A stretch of DNA of 64,000 nt from positions 282,926-346,925 of the forward strand of contig CAVSWL010000005.1 of NCBI GenBank assembly GCA_963731655.1, written 5' to 3'. Positions 19,831-30,802 of the stretch are shown here, one piece after another. The position numbers and the translations under genes were made by a program. A model generated the notes under the pieces. That model was not told the origin of the DNA and searched no databases. It was given only the letters and a program-made list of their open reading frames with translations. Position 1 is the first letter of the stretch. The number at the start of each line of letters is the position of its first letter. The DNA comes from an uncultured Gammaproteobacteria bacterium (GTDB lineage Bacteria; Pseudomonadota; Gammaproteobacteria; JAAEPA01).

Positions 19831-22800
19831 ATGAACGTAATTACCGATCTTTTTATCCGCCGCCCCGTACTCGCGATTGTAGTCAATCTGCTTATCGTGA
19901 TCGCAGGCCTTCAAGCCTGGCGTTTGCTCAGTATCCGGCAATACCCCCGCAGCGAAAATGCCACGGTCAACATAACGACGGTCTACGTCGGCGCGAGTGC
20001 GGAGCTGGTGCGCGGCTTCATCACCACGCCCCTCGAGCAGGCCATCGCGTCGTCCGATGGCATCGACTACATCGAGTCGAAAAGCCTACAGGGATTCTCG
20101 GTGATCAACGCCCGTCTGAAGCTAAACTATGAACCGACCAAGGCGTTGGCTGATATTACGGCCAAAGTGGATCAGGTTCGCAACGATCTGCCGCCGGAGG
20201 CCGAGCTGCCATCGATCACGGTGCAATCCGCGGATTCACAGTTTGCGTCGGCGTATATCAGTTTTGCGTCCGACGTGCTTTCGCAGGCGGAAATCACCGA
20301 CTATCTCACACGCGTTGTACAACCGCGGCTGGCGTCGGTCGCCGGCGTGCAGCGCGCGGACATTCTCGGTGCGCGCACTTTCGCGATGCGCATTTGGCTC
20401 AAGCCTGACAAAATGGCGGCGTTGCATATCAGCCCGGCCCAGGTGCGCCAGGCGCTCGCCGATAACAATTTTCTTGCAGCGGTCGGAAGCACCAAGGGCT
20501 CGCTGGTTCAGGTCAGGCTGACCGCCAATACCGATCTCCACTCGATGAAGGATTTTAAGCATCTGGTTATTTACCAGCGTAACGATACCCTCGTGCGCCT
20601 CGGCGATATTGCAGACGTCGTTCTTGGCGCGGAGGACTATGACACTACGGTGCGTTATTCCGGTCAGACGGCGGTATTCATGGGCATATTTCCGCTACCG
20701 GATGCCAATACGATCGATACCATCCGACGGGTCACGGCAGAACTCGATGCGGTCAAGCGCGACCTGCCCGCGGGCCTCGAAGTGAGCGTCGGCTATGATG
20801 CATCGCAATACATCGCCAATGCGATCCGCGAGGTTACTAAGACCCTGGCCGACACATTGCTAATCGTCATTATCGTGATCTTTCTGTTTCTGGGCTCGAT
20901 GCGTTCCGCGCTGGTGCCGATGGCCGCGATCCCAGTTTCGCTCATCGGCGGCATCTTTCTCATGCAGGTATTCGGCTTTACACTCAACCTGCTCACGCTA
21001 CTCGCGATCGTGCTATCGGTCGGTCTGGTGGTCGACGACGCCATCGTGGTTGTCGAAAATATCGAACGTCATCTGCGCGAGGGGCTTAGCAAACGCGAAG
21101 CGGCGTTGATCGGCGCGCGCGAGTTGGTAGGGCCCGTCATCGCCATGACCATTACGTTGGTGGCGGTATATACGCCGATTGCGCTGCAGGGCGGCCTTAC
21201 CGGCGCACTGTTCCGTGAGTTCGCGCTTACGTTGGCCGGAACCGTGGCCATTTCGGGCCTGGTTGCGCTTACGCTGTCTCCGATGATGTCGGCCTACCTG
21301 CTGCGCAGCGCCGACATAGAGAAGGGCGGCTTTCCCCGCTGGATAAATCACCACTTTGACCGGCTACGTCTATCTTATGGCCATGCGGTCGGTGGCACGC
21401 TGAAATTGCGACCCTATATCTATGCGATCTGGATCTTGGTATCCCTGGCGGCGTTTCCGCTGTACAAACTATCGCCGAAAGAGCTTGCGCCCAGCGAAGA
21501 TCAGAGTGTGCTGTTCGGCCTGATCACCGCGCCGGCCAATGCTACCGCCGACCAGAAGGCCTATTTCGGCCGTGCCGCGGAGCGTGTCTTCCTCAGCACG
21601 CCCGAAGAAGAGCTCACGTTTCAGATCCTGTTCCCGCCTTCGACAGCCGCGATGTACGACACCGACGGATTTTCCGGAATGGTGGTCAAACCCTGGCACG
21701 ATCCCCGCCAGCGGACCGTGTTCGAGATCCTGCCTGAGGTGCAGGCCAAGCTCTCACGGATCCCCGGCTTCCAAATGTTTGTCACTACGCCGCCGGCGCT
21801 GCCTGGCGGCAGCAACTTTCCGGTGGAGTTCATTATCGCTTCGACCGCCGACGCCGAGCGACTGCTCGAGTTTGCTAAAAAGATACAGACGAAGGCGACG
21901 CAAAGCGGCATATTCTTTTTCCCGCCCCAGATTGATCTGAAATACGATCAGCCGCAAGCCGAGGTGGTAATCGATCGCGACACAGTGGGTATACTGGGTC
22001 TGGATCTGAACCAGGTTGGCAGCGATCTCGCCGCGGCTTTGGGTGGCGATTTTGTCAATCGTTTCAATATGTCTGGCCGCAGCTACAAGGTCATTCCGCA
22101 AATCGAGCGTACCGGACGTCTCAATCCGGAGCAGCTCACCAACCTCTACATCAACGGTCCGCAGGAGCAACTCATTCCGTTGAGCACCGTGGCGCATATC
22201 GAGACCAAAACGGTTCCGCGCTCGCTCAACCGCTTCCAGCAATTGAACTCCGTCAAACTCTCGGGCATGACCAATCGTACGCTGGATCAAGCGCTTAGGG
22301 TGTTGGAGGACGCGGCGCACGCGATTCTGCCGCCGGGTTACTCGATCGATTACACCGGCGAATCGCGCCAGCTCCGCCAGGAAGGCAACAAATTTCTGCC
22401 CGCGTTTGTGCTGGCCATCCTGATGATCTTTCTCGCGCTCGCGGTGCAATTCAATTCGTTTCGTGACCCCTGCATCATCCTGTTCGGATCGGTGCCGCTG
22501 GCGATGTTCGGTGCGTTGTTGTTCACCTTTCTGAAGATGCCCAACCCCAATATCCCTTTCTGGACAAACGGCTGGACCACGACGCTCAATATCTACGCAC
22601 AAGTCGGCCTCGTCACTCTAGTAGGCCTTATCTCAAAGAACGGCATTCTCATCGTCCAGTTCGCTAACAAGCTCCAGAAGCAGGGCAGGACCAAGGTCGA
22701 CGCGATCCACGAAGCCGCCATGACGCGCCTGCGGCCGATATTAATGACGACCGTAGCGACCGTAGCCGGCCATTTTCCGCTGACGCTGGTCACCGGTGCG

Positions 22801-22977
22801 GGCGCGGCGGCGCGTAACTCGATCGGCCTCGTGCTCGTGGGCGGGATGACCATCGGCACGCTGTTCACGCTGTTTGTGCTACCTTCAATCTATATCCTGC
22901 TTGCAAAGGATCACCACGTGGACAAACGCGTATCCAGGTCGAGCACAAAATTTTCGATGGCGCACGACCCCTCATAA
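19831..22977 (+). CDS. RND efflux transporter permease (AcrB/MexB family)
   Basis: 1048 aa, 12-TM hydrophobe/amphiphile efflux architecture. Begins MNVITDLFIRRPVLAIVVNLLIV... Confidence 0.9.
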   Translation: MNVITDLFIRRPVLAIVVNLLIVIAGLQAWRLLSIRQYPRSENATVNITTVYVGASAELVRGFITTPLEQAIASSDGIDYIESKSLQGFSVINARLKLNYEPTKALADITAKVDQVRNDLPPEAELPSITVQSADSQFASAYISFASDVLSQAEITDYLTRVVQPRLASVAGVQRADILGARTFAMRIWLKPDKMAALHISPAQVRQALADNNFLAAVGSTKGSLVQVRLTANTDLHSMKDFKHLVIYQRNDTLVRLGDIADVVLGAEDYDTTVRYSGQTAVFMGIFPLPDANTIDTIRRVTAELDAVKRDLPAGLEVSVGYDASQYIANAIREVTKTLADTLLIVIIVIFLFLGSMRSALVPMAAIPVSLIGGIFLMQVFGFTLNLLTLLAIVLSVGLVVDDAIVVVENIERHLREGLSKREAALIGARELVGPVIAMTITLVAVYTPIALQGGLTGALFREFALTLAGTVAISGLVALTLSPMMSAYLLRSADIEKGGFPRWINHHFDRLRLSYGHAVGGTLKLRPYIYAIWILVSLAAFPLYKLSPKELAPSEDQSVLFGLITAPANATADQKAYFGRAAERVFLSTPEEELTFQILFPPSTAAMYDTDGFSGMVVKPWHDPRQRTVFEILPEVQAKLSRIPGFQMFVTTPPALPGGSNFPVEFIIASTADAERLLEFAKKIQTKATQSGIFFFPPQIDLKYDQPQAEVVIDRDTVGILGLDLNQVGSDLAAALGGDFVNRFNMSGRSYKVIPQIERTGRLNPEQLTNLYINGPQEQLIPLSTVAHIETKTVPRSLNRFQQLNSVKLSGMTNRTLDQALRVLEDAAHAILPPGYSIDYTGESRQLRQEGNKFLPAFVLAILMIFLALAVQFNSFRDPCIILFGSVPLAMFGALLFTFLKMPNPNIPFWTNGWTTTLNIYAQVGLVTLVGLISKNGILIVQFANKLQKQGRTKVDAIHEAAMTRLRPILMTTVATVAGHFPLTLVTGAGAAARNSIGLVLVGGMTIGTLFTLFVLPSIYILLAKDHHVDKRVSRSSTKFSMAHDPS

Positions 22978-23217
22978 GCGACTTCTAACTATTTAGCATG
23001 AGTGCAGACCCCGAACTTAAAGGGGGATATTGGGCTCCAGCTACTCGATCACCATAATGCCTGGAGTAGGCTTTATTGAGCCGCATCCGCTAATGCAGGC
23101 CAAAAAAAATTGGGTAGCTCAAATGTTACGGACACGATGCCAACCTTGCCTCGCCCGACAAAGGTTGTCGCATTCGCGGTAGAGCTGCGTATTCAGTCGA
23201 TCGGTATGGCTTATGAT

Positions 23218-24411
23218 TCAGGGTCTAATGGAACGGTAGTCCAGGTGTTCGCCTCGCCGCGACAACACGATCTGCCACAGCTGTGTCTGTCCACTGCGGA
23301 AGCTGGCGGCGCAGGCGTGCAAATAATATTTCCACATACGGTAAAAGCTTTGGCTGTACCGAGCGCGCAAAGACGGCCAAGCGCGGTTGAAGTTATCCCA
23401 CCAGGCCATCAGCGTACGGTCGTAGTCGGCACCGAACTCGTGCCAGTCACGGATCACGAGGTCCGGTTCGATGGCTGCGGCAAGCTGTTTTGCCGACGGC
23501 AGCGCGCCGTTGGGGAAAATATACTTGTCGATCCAAGGATCAATTCCACCGCTGCTGGTGCTGTTGCCAATCGTATGTAACAGAAAAAGGCCATCGTCTT
23601 GCAGCAGCCGGCCTATGATATTGAAGAATACCTGGTAGTTTTTCTGACCCACGTGTTCGAACATGCCCACCGAGACAATTTTGTCGAAGCGGCCCTGCAG
23701 GTCGCGGTAGTCCATAAGTTCGAGAGTAACCGGCAGGCCGGCACAGCGTTCACGTCCCAATGCCACTTGCTGGCGTGACACAGTGATACCGAAGACTTCC
23801 ACCGCGTAGTGCTCGGCGGCATAGCGCGCCAAACCGCCCCAGCCGCAGCCTATATCGAGTAGGCGCTCACCGGGTTTGAGTTCCAGTTTGCGGCAGATCA
23901 TGTCCAGCTTGTCATATTGCGCCTGCTCGAGATTGTGTGCATGCGCCCAGTAGCCACAGCTATAGCTTAACGTGGGATCCAGCATAGCCTGGAATACATC
24001 GTTGCCGATATCATAGTGCTGCTCTCCAACTCTGAAAGCGCGACGCTTTGACTGGCGGTTCAACAACTGTATCGAGGCGTCCTTAATAGCTACGTTGAGT
24101 CGCAGGCGGAAGCGCCGCAGCGCGTAGAGCTTTTCGTCGATATTGGCGCGCAGCAAGATAGTGAACATCGTATCGAGCTGCTGGCAATCCCAGAGGCCAT
24201 CCATATATGCTTCACCGAAACCCAGGGAACCGCGTGTCACGATTCGTCGGTACGTATCTGCGTCGTGCACCTTAATATCTTCAGGATTGCTGCCATTGAA
24301 GCGCAACCCCGTCCCTTTCATCAGCTTAGTCAGCAGCCGAGGCGGTGATGCGCTGCGATGGTCATGGTGTCGGTCGCCGGTGTTTACATTTGAACCGATA
24401 GCATCAGACAT
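23218..24411 (-). CDS. cfa: cyclopropane-fatty-acyl-phospholipid synthase
   Basis: Collinear with E. coli Cfa. SAM-binding LDIGCGWGGLA, FEHVG and the C-terminal YYLxxCAxxF motif. Start at MSDAIGSN. Confidence 0.85.
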   Translation of the reverse strand: MSDAIGSNVNTGDRHHDHRSASPPRLLTKLMKGTGLRFNGSNPEDIKVHDADTYRRIVTRGSLGFGEAYMDGLWDCQQLDTMFTILLRANIDEKLYALRRFRLRLNVAIKDASIQLLNRQSKRRAFRVGEQHYDIGNDVFQAMLDPTLSYSCGYWAHAHNLEQAQYDKLDMICRKLELKPGERLLDIGCGWGGLARYAAEHYAVEVFGITVSRQQVALGRERCAGLPVTLELMDYRDLQGRFDKIVSVGMFEHVGQKNYQVFFNIIGRLLQDDGLFLLHTIGNSTSSGGIDPWIDKYIFPNGALPSAKQLAAAIEPDLVIRDWHEFGADYDRTLMAWWDNFNRAWPSLRARYSQSFYRMWKYYLHACAASFRSGQTQLWQIVLSRRGEHLDYRSIRP

Positions 24412-24515
24412 GGGTTGAATTCTCGTTGCCTGGTTAGGCTCAGCGCAAGTAATTGTGTGATGCTGGCCACTTGGGTAGTACATGCAATGTATTATCCAAA
24501 GCCTCTATCTCACCG

Positions 24516-24533
24516 CATTAAAAAATCTCAATG
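24516..24533. promoter_or_regulatory. palindrome CATTAAAAAATCTCAATG (family A site)
   Basis: 105 bp upstream of the cfa start. Confidence 0.45.
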
Positions 24534-25004
24534 TCTGGTGCCGTCTTTATTAAGCCTGCGACGCACAACATACCGTCCTAGCCGTGAAATCGGAATGCTT
24601 GGTGTGTGCTGGAAGCCCCATATGTAGACAGGCACTGTCGCCGGTTTGCGCTGCGAGTAGACAGGTAAATTCCAGGTAACGATCTCTAACGAGGATGTGA
24701 TGGCGGCTAAATTTTTCTGGAGTTCAATTGCCTAGCCGTTAATGTAAGTTTGGAATGCTTAAATGCCCTAAGGCAAAGTAGCAATTTGAGTTGAATGTAG
24801 ATTTTCGCTTTGTGCTTGGTCGGAGTGCGGTTAATCCGGTTTTGGATTCAGCTAGTCATATGCCGGTGTTCCATGGCCCACAGTTCCGGCCTCTTTACAG
24901 ATTAAACGCCAATATGGCGATTCCTTTACGTTCAAGTGTTATATTATCTGGCGGTTCTGAAATACCAGCGGGTACCTTCACTATGAGTAAGGATCACCTA
25001 CGTT

Positions 25005-25039
25005 TGTAACTCTTACACGCCCAAGTGTAAATCTTACAC
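25005..25039. repeat. paired box TGTAACTCTTACAC-N6-GTGTAAATCTTACAC (family B, site b)
   Basis: Same two-box structure as at 1379. Confidence 0.45.
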
Positions 25040-25751
25040 CTGATGCCTCGGATCTTTAAACGCTGTAAAGCCGATCCTATTCAATTGATATACGAGCCCT
25101 CCGGCTTATTGCGTGCTCGAATACATCGGGTGGTGCTAAGCAGGCGAGAAGATAGTGATAGAGGGCATCACGAAGATCCTCGGAAATCATTGGACGATCT
25201 GCCGATCTCATGTGGGATGTATTCGCCTCCCGTATTACTCAACCAGCTTTTTTAGGACCAAACGATTGAGCCGTTTAGCTATACTGAACTCGTTCTTCGA
25301 CGAAAACACGTTGGAAACTTTCTTGAGTTTAAGCTTCAGACTATCGAGCAGGATATAAGCCCGAGTGATTGCCCGATTGGCCAGAGCAATACCTCCGGCC
25401 ATATTCTCCCGTTATTGTTGGATGAGTAGTTCTACTCTATCGGCGAACATGAAGGCACACGTTGAGAACAATATCTTACCGCGATGAAGGGGTAGTTTGC
25501 GTTTTCGTGGTCAGCCGATTTATTGGTTTCGGGAAGCCGCAACTGTCGCTTATAGCGTTCCGATTGATTACTCTTCCCCCGATTCCACTGTTCGCTGACG
25601 ACATCTGCATCCGGCGTTCAACAGTGCGACTGCGTTCCTTAATTACGCTAATGGGAAGTTAAATTTGGTATAGGGCTTGCTTTATTGCTAGTTGTACCGA
25701 TTGCATTGGTGCAGTCGTATTGTTGAACTAGTTACCAGGAGAAACTAAATC

Positions 25752-26285
25752 ATGCGTAGCAAACACTTAGTAATCACCACGGCCGCCATCCTTGGTTTGT
25801 CCACGCCATTCATGGGGTGGACGGCTCAGACTCAGTCGGAGCCACAATCCTCGCCGGGCACCGAATCGGGTATGACACCTCAAGGGGGAATGCCGTCCCA
25901 AAACTCGACACCGTTAAATCCGGCCGAGAAACAATCGACGGCCCCTTCCGAAGGTAGTCAGACCAATACGGGGACTGAGTCGGGTCTCGGCCACGGCGCC
26001 GTCTACCCGAATCAATATGTTGATAAAGATGTAATCAATAAGAAAGGCGACAAAATTGGAGAGGTTCATAAACTGGTGATAAACAACCAGACCAAAGGTG
26101 TTGAGGCAGTCATCGGTGTAGGTGGGCTCTTGGGTGTTGGGGAGAAGAAGGTTGCGCTTCCCATTGAGGATTTACAACCGTCGAGTGACAAGGTTGTATT
26201 AAATACGATCCAAACAGAGGATGAGTTAAAACAAGCTACTCCATATAATAATACGGAATTCCGTGATTTTGAGCCTAAACAGTAG
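25752..26285 (+). CDS. secreted PRC-barrel domain protein
   Basis: AGGAGAAA SD. Signal peptide, a low-complexity S/T/G/Q-rich linker, and a C-terminal PRC-barrel-like segment (KGDKIGEVHKLVINNQTKGVEAVIGVGGLLGVGEKKVALPIEDL). Confidence 0.65.
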   Translation: MRSKHLVITTAAILGLSTPFMGWTAQTQSEPQSSPGTESGMTPQGGMPSQNSTPLNPAEKQSTAPSEGSQTNTGTESGLGHGAVYPNQYVDKDVINKKGDKIGEVHKLVINNQTKGVEAVIGVGGLLGVGEKKVALPIEDLQPSSDKVVLNTIQTEDELKQATPYNNTEFRDFEPKQ

Positions 26286-26602
26286 GACAGCAAAAATCAG
26301 GGAGACCAATAACTCAGTCGGATAGTTAATGGCGCCCTGGCGTTTCGGTTTATTCCGCGTCAGGGTATTTCGTCGTCGCATACAAATACAGTTTCATACC
26401 ATCACAACCGTGTTCGCGGAATGAACAGCTAGTCCAACTAACCGCCCATCGTTCGCGCTTATATTTCGCGCTCATATTTTTCTTTTCCCAAATTTTTTCT
26501 TTTTTTTTCGAGATAGAGCTAGTGTCTTGTTTCCAGGAGCCGGGGCATGCAAAAGTATAGGAAAACCTCGTTAAAGTTTGAGTGATAATGTGAACGTGTA
26601 AT

Positions 26603-26640
26603 GGTGACCGATCAAGCTGGGGTATAATATATCGGTCACC
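26603..26640. promoter_or_regulatory. perfect 10-bp inverted repeat GGTGACCGAT-N18-ATCGGTCACC enclosing a TATAAT hexamer
   Basis: 70 bp upstream of the PAS hybrid kinase gene; operator-like symmetry around a -10-like element. Confidence 0.3.
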
Positions 26641-26707
26641 GTTTCATCGATGTCCCCGCATCCGAGGGGCTTGAACGCTTGTAGGGTGCTGATACTGCGA
26701 GTTCAGG

Positions 26708-29700
26708 ATGTGCCGTATGATCATCGCCCTATGCCTATTTCTCACGGCTGTATTTCTGGCCACTGACCTGCTAGTTCCGCTTGGCAAGGCACTGATCGTC
26801 CTCTACATCCTGGTAGTTCTCTTGGCGGGGCAGACCGGAACGCCTAGGATCCCCATTGCCTTTGCCGCGCTCAGCACGCTTTTCATCGGCATCGGCTGGG
26901 TCGTGGCGCCGGTGATCCATACCAGCGACCCCGCCTTCGTCGCCACGAACCGTTTGTTGGCTCTTTTCGTGGTCTGGGTAATCGCCGTCACGATTGCATT
27001 TCGGCTACGGACGGAACAAGCGCGATCCGCGGCCGACGAATTCACTCAAGCCATTCTCGAATCCACGCCTATCGCCTCCGTCGTGGTGGATGGGGAGGGC
27101 AGGATCGTACGGATTAATCGGCAGACGGAAGAGCTTTTCGGCTATGAGCGTGACGAGCTTCTCAACCAACCCGTGGAAATGCTCGTTCCCAGTGTAAACC
27201 GCGAGCGGCATGCGCGGGATCGGCTGACGTATCTGTCGCGGCCGCGAGCGCGGCCCATGGGACACGGACGTGCTTTGCTCGGACGGCGTAAGGACGACAG
27301 CACATTCCCCGTCGAAGTCGCGTTGAATCCCGTGGAGACGTCACAGGGTGTTCTCGTACTGGCGGCGGTAGTGGACATCACCGAACGCGAGAACGCCCGA
27401 GCAGCGCTGCAACAAAGCGAAAGACGTTTTCGGTCCACGTTCGAAAACGCCGCGGTGGGTATCGCACACGTCGCCATCGATGGCCATTGGTTGCGCGTCA
27501 ATCAGCGGCTTTGCGAGATCGTCGGTTACCCAGCACACGAACTGCTCGAGAAAACCTTCCAGGACATCACCCATCCCGACGATCTCAAGCAGGACTTGAC
27601 CTATGTTGGCCGGCTGCTCGCCGGCGAGATCGATAAGTACAGCATGGAGAAGCGGTATATCCACAAAGACGGCTCGATCGTGTGGATCAATCTGACGGTA
27701 TCGCTGGTACGTGATGAACGCGGTGAACCCAAGTACTTCCTCCCGGTGATCGAGGAGATTTCGCAGAAAAAGCGTGCCGAGCAATTCATGGCAGAGAGTA
27801 AGCGACAGTTGGAACGACAAACCAACGAACTGGAAACTTTATACCAAACGGCGCCGGTTGGCTTAGTCGTTGTTGATCGAGATCATCGAATCCTCAAGAT
27901 TAACCAATGGCTTGCGAAAAGTAACGGAGGTCAGGTACAGAACTGTATTGGCCGAAACTGCCGAGACTGCCGTGAGTTGCTGCCCGATATCGCAGAGCAA
28001 TTCGAAGCATTGATTGAACAGGTCTTTAACACCGGTCAGCCTGTGTTCGATGCCGAGATTCGCAGTGATATCTCCGAGAGTGATGTCGCGAAACGATTTT
28101 TTCTAGTTAATTATTCACCGATACACGCACCCGACGGGAAGGTGGATGCGGTTCAATGTGTCCTGAGCGATATTACGGACCGAATGCGCGCAGAGCAAGC
28201 GAAACGTCGTCGGGAACGTCGTTTTAGGGTCATGGCCGATTCGATCCCCGAGATCATCTTTACCAATAGAGCGGATGGCGCTTGCGATTATCAGAATGCG
28301 CGCTTCTATGAACTCACCGGCATGGCCTCGGGAGAGGCGCAAGGGTGGGGATGGACGGGGGCCTTGCATCCCGAAGACGCGCAGCGGTGCCGGGAGCAGT
28401 GGACAGCATCGGTACGTTCCGGCGCGCCCTATGAATGCCGCTATCGATTGCGACTGGCAGATGGCGAGTATCGCTGGTTTATGGCGCGTTCGCGCCCACT
28501 CTTCAATCGGGAAGGCAGGCTCATCCAATGGTTCGGCGCAGCCACCGATATCCACGACCTGGTGTTGGCTGAGAAGGCGCTAAGCGAAGCCCGTGCGGCG
28601 GCCGAAGTGGCCAACCGCGCCAAGAGCGAGTTTCTCGCTAACATGAGCCATGAGATCCGCACGCCCATGACCGCCATCATGGGTTTTTTGGATGTGTTGT
28701 TGTCGCATACCCCAGAACCGGACGATCTGCAATCCCTGCCAATTATCAAACGTAACGCTGCGTATTTGCTGGAGTTGATCAACGATATTCTGGATCTGTC
28801 CAAGATAGAAGCACACAAGTTGGAGTTCCACAAGACGCGTTTTTCTCTCCAGGAATTGGTCTCAGACGTCCATGGATCGATGAGCGTGTGCGCACGAGAA
28901 AAAGGCTTGCCGTTGAGCATCGAGTATGATGGACCTATCCCAGAAACCCTCGAAGGCGACCGTACGCGGGTCCGGCAGATTCTCATGAATTTAATCACCA
29001 ATGCGATTAAATTCACCGACCGGGGACAGGTACGAGTCATCATCCGATTTTTGTCCGATGAGGTCAATCCGGGAATTCAGTTCCAAGTGACCGATACCGG
29101 CATCGGAATCAAACCGCACGAATTGCGGAGGCTGTTTCAACCGTTTACCCAAGGCGATGGTTCCACCAAACGACAGCAGGGTGGCACGGGGCTGGGTTTG
29201 ACCATCACCAATCGTCTGGTCGAGAGTCTCGGTGGGCAGATTGCTGTGGATAGTCAACCCGGTAAAGGCAGCACCTTTACGGTAACGCTTCCCACCGCAG
29301 CTGTTAAGGAGCTTACCCTGATTGAGGCGGATAACTCTGTATTGTACGCGAGTTCGCCGTTCGCGGATCTGCGCAACCTGCAGCACAACTGCCGGGTGCT
29401 GGTGGTCGATGATCGAAGCGATATTCGCCTGTTGATTCGGCATTTCTTAGAGGAGGCGGGTGCCGAGGTTGCGACGGCCGGGAATGGCCGCAAGGCCATT
29501 GAGGCAATTGATGAGGCGCACAAGCAAGGCCAACCATTCGATGTGATTGTCATGGACATGCAAATGCCGGTGATGGATGGTTATACCGCCACGGCCGAGT
29601 TGCGCGGGCGAGGTTTTAAACGTCCCATCATCGCCTTGACGGCAAGCGCCATGAAGGGGGAACGAGAAGCCTGTCTTGCGGTTGGATGTGACGCTTATCT

Positions 29701-30196
29701 TAGCAAACCCATAACCCAAAGCGATTTAGTGGCCGCGGTCGCCCGATACAGTAGCGACGAGGACTATCGGGCATCGATCGCTAAGCACGCCCCAGAGCAC
29801 GATGCACCAACTCAGCAGCGAAACGACACGTGTCGCAAAGGAAATCCGTCACGCATTCTCGTGGTGGATGATCATAAGGATGCGGCCAATGCCACCGGAA
29901 CGTTACTGGAGCTGCTCGGTTACCAGGTGCGTGTGGCGCTCGATGGTGAATCGGCGCTCAACTGCGCACGCACGTATAGACCCCATGTCGCACTCTTGGA
30001 TTTGGGCTTGCCGGATATGCACGGTCATGATCTGCTCAGAGCGCTCAAGGCGCAAGGCTTGACTGCGACCCACTTCATCGCCTTGTCGGGTCGTAGCGAA
30101 CCAGAAGATGAAACGCAGGCGTTTGCTGTAGGTTTTAACCATTATCTGGTAAAGCCGTTGGATCTGGAGCGATTGAAATTGCTGTTGGCTGACTGA
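26708..30196 (+). CDS. multi-PAS hybrid sensor histidine kinase with two C-terminal receiver domains
   Basis: N-terminal membrane region, several PAS/PAC repeats, HisKA box SHEIRTPM, HATPase_c (GLGLTITNRLVE), and two REC domains (VLVVDD...DMQMP; ILVVDD...DLGLPDM). Confidence 0.85.
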   Translation: MCRMIIALCLFLTAVFLATDLLVPLGKALIVLYILVVLLAGQTGTPRIPIAFAALSTLFIGIGWVVAPVIHTSDPAFVATNRLLALFVVWVIAVTIAFRLRTEQARSAADEFTQAILESTPIASVVVDGEGRIVRINRQTEELFGYERDELLNQPVEMLVPSVNRERHARDRLTYLSRPRARPMGHGRALLGRRKDDSTFPVEVALNPVETSQGVLVLAAVVDITERENARAALQQSERRFRSTFENAAVGIAHVAIDGHWLRVNQRLCEIVGYPAHELLEKTFQDITHPDDLKQDLTYVGRLLAGEIDKYSMEKRYIHKDGSIVWINLTVSLVRDERGEPKYFLPVIEEISQKKRAEQFMAESKRQLERQTNELETLYQTAPVGLVVVDRDHRILKINQWLAKSNGGQVQNCIGRNCRDCRELLPDIAEQFEALIEQVFNTGQPVFDAEIRSDISESDVAKRFFLVNYSPIHAPDGKVDAVQCVLSDITDRMRAEQAKRRRERRFRVMADSIPEIIFTNRADGACDYQNARFYELTGMASGEAQGWGWTGALHPEDAQRCREQWTASVRSGAPYECRYRLRLADGEYRWFMARSRPLFNREGRLIQWFGAATDIHDLVLAEKALSEARAAAEVANRAKSEFLANMSHEIRTPMTAIMGFLDVLLSHTPEPDDLQSLPIIKRNAAYLLELINDILDLSKIEAHKLEFHKTRFSLQELVSDVHGSMSVCAREKGLPLSIEYDGPIPETLEGDRTRVRQILMNLITNAIKFTDRGQVRVIIRFLSDEVNPGIQFQVTDTGIGIKPHELRRLFQPFTQGDGSTKRQQGGTGLGLTITNRLVESLGGQIAVDSQPGKGSTFTVTLPTAAVKELTLIEADNSVLYASSPFADLRNLQHNCRVLVVDDRSDIRLLIRHFLEEAGAEVATAGNGRKAIEAIDEAHKQGQPFDVIVMDMQMPVMDGYTATAELRGRGFKRPIIALTASAMKGEREACLAVGCDAYLSKPITQSDLVAAVARYSSDEDYRASIAKHAPEHDAPTQQRNDTCRKGNPSRILVVDDHKDAANATGTLLELLGYQVRVALDGESALNCARTYRPHVALLDLGLPDMHGHDLLRALKAQGLTATHFIALSGRSEPEDETQAFAVGFNHYLVKPLDLERLKLLLAD

Positions 30197-30802
30197 AATC
30201 TTGCTTTAACTTTTTTAATCAACAGCTTGCGCGATTACACACAATAACTTGGGACATAAGACAAGGAGTCTTTGGCGCAAAGGGAGGGATATAACACGAC
30301 CAGGTCTGAAATTGTCCTTGAGCCTCTTTAAGAAGTCCTAGGTAGCTATCCGCACTCGCTATAAAAGCCACATTTGCTACAGTAATAGCAGCCGCCAAGG
30401 TCTCGAAAAAGATTGGCTCCCAGTATTCGGGCTTCCGTTCGTGTCGGGCCAAAGCGTGGGCTACGCAGTGACGCACTGCGTTAGCATCGAGTTTCTCCGG
30501 GGTGGCGCACTTCTACCGCAGAATAGAGAGGCATATCGGTTGAGGATTCATTGGATTGATGCGCTCACAGTTACTTTGGAAATGGCCGGTTCCGATATTC
30601 CCGTTAGAGACGGCATATCGAACAAAAGTAGGGAAAACTACACAGATGCCATTGCGGGACGGAATATCACTGTTCATCTTATTTGCGCTCTACTGGAATG
30701 GGTGAAGCTTGTTTTAAGATCTTGCCAGCGGAATAATCCAGGATTTCAAGGAGGGTGCCCCGTTCGAAAGTCTGACCGCCGCGGTCGAGTCGCCAGCTGT
30801 CC

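Noticed and set aside
21754-22602. 282-aa minus-strand ORF inside the RND pump gene. The same pattern occurs inside ccp (31559-32221), nuoF/G (59899-60981; 61495-62304), the PAS kinase (28441-29067), polX (44633-45238), the recombinase (47983-48594) and cfa (23110-23580)
   Set aside because: Arg/Ala/Gly/Pro-rich antisense frames, typical of high-GC coding DNA. Each overlaps a gene with strong homology on the other strand
24600-25750. Several short ORFs in the low-GC stretch between cfa and the PRC-barrel gene (24791-25009, 25043-25255, 25155-25358, 25462-25662, and a 57-aa minus-strand ORF ending ...KRLNRLVLKKLVE)
   Set aside because: No RBS or recognisable domains and many stops in neighbouring frames. 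The region looks like degraded foreign DNA, and only the family-B box pair at 25005 is noted
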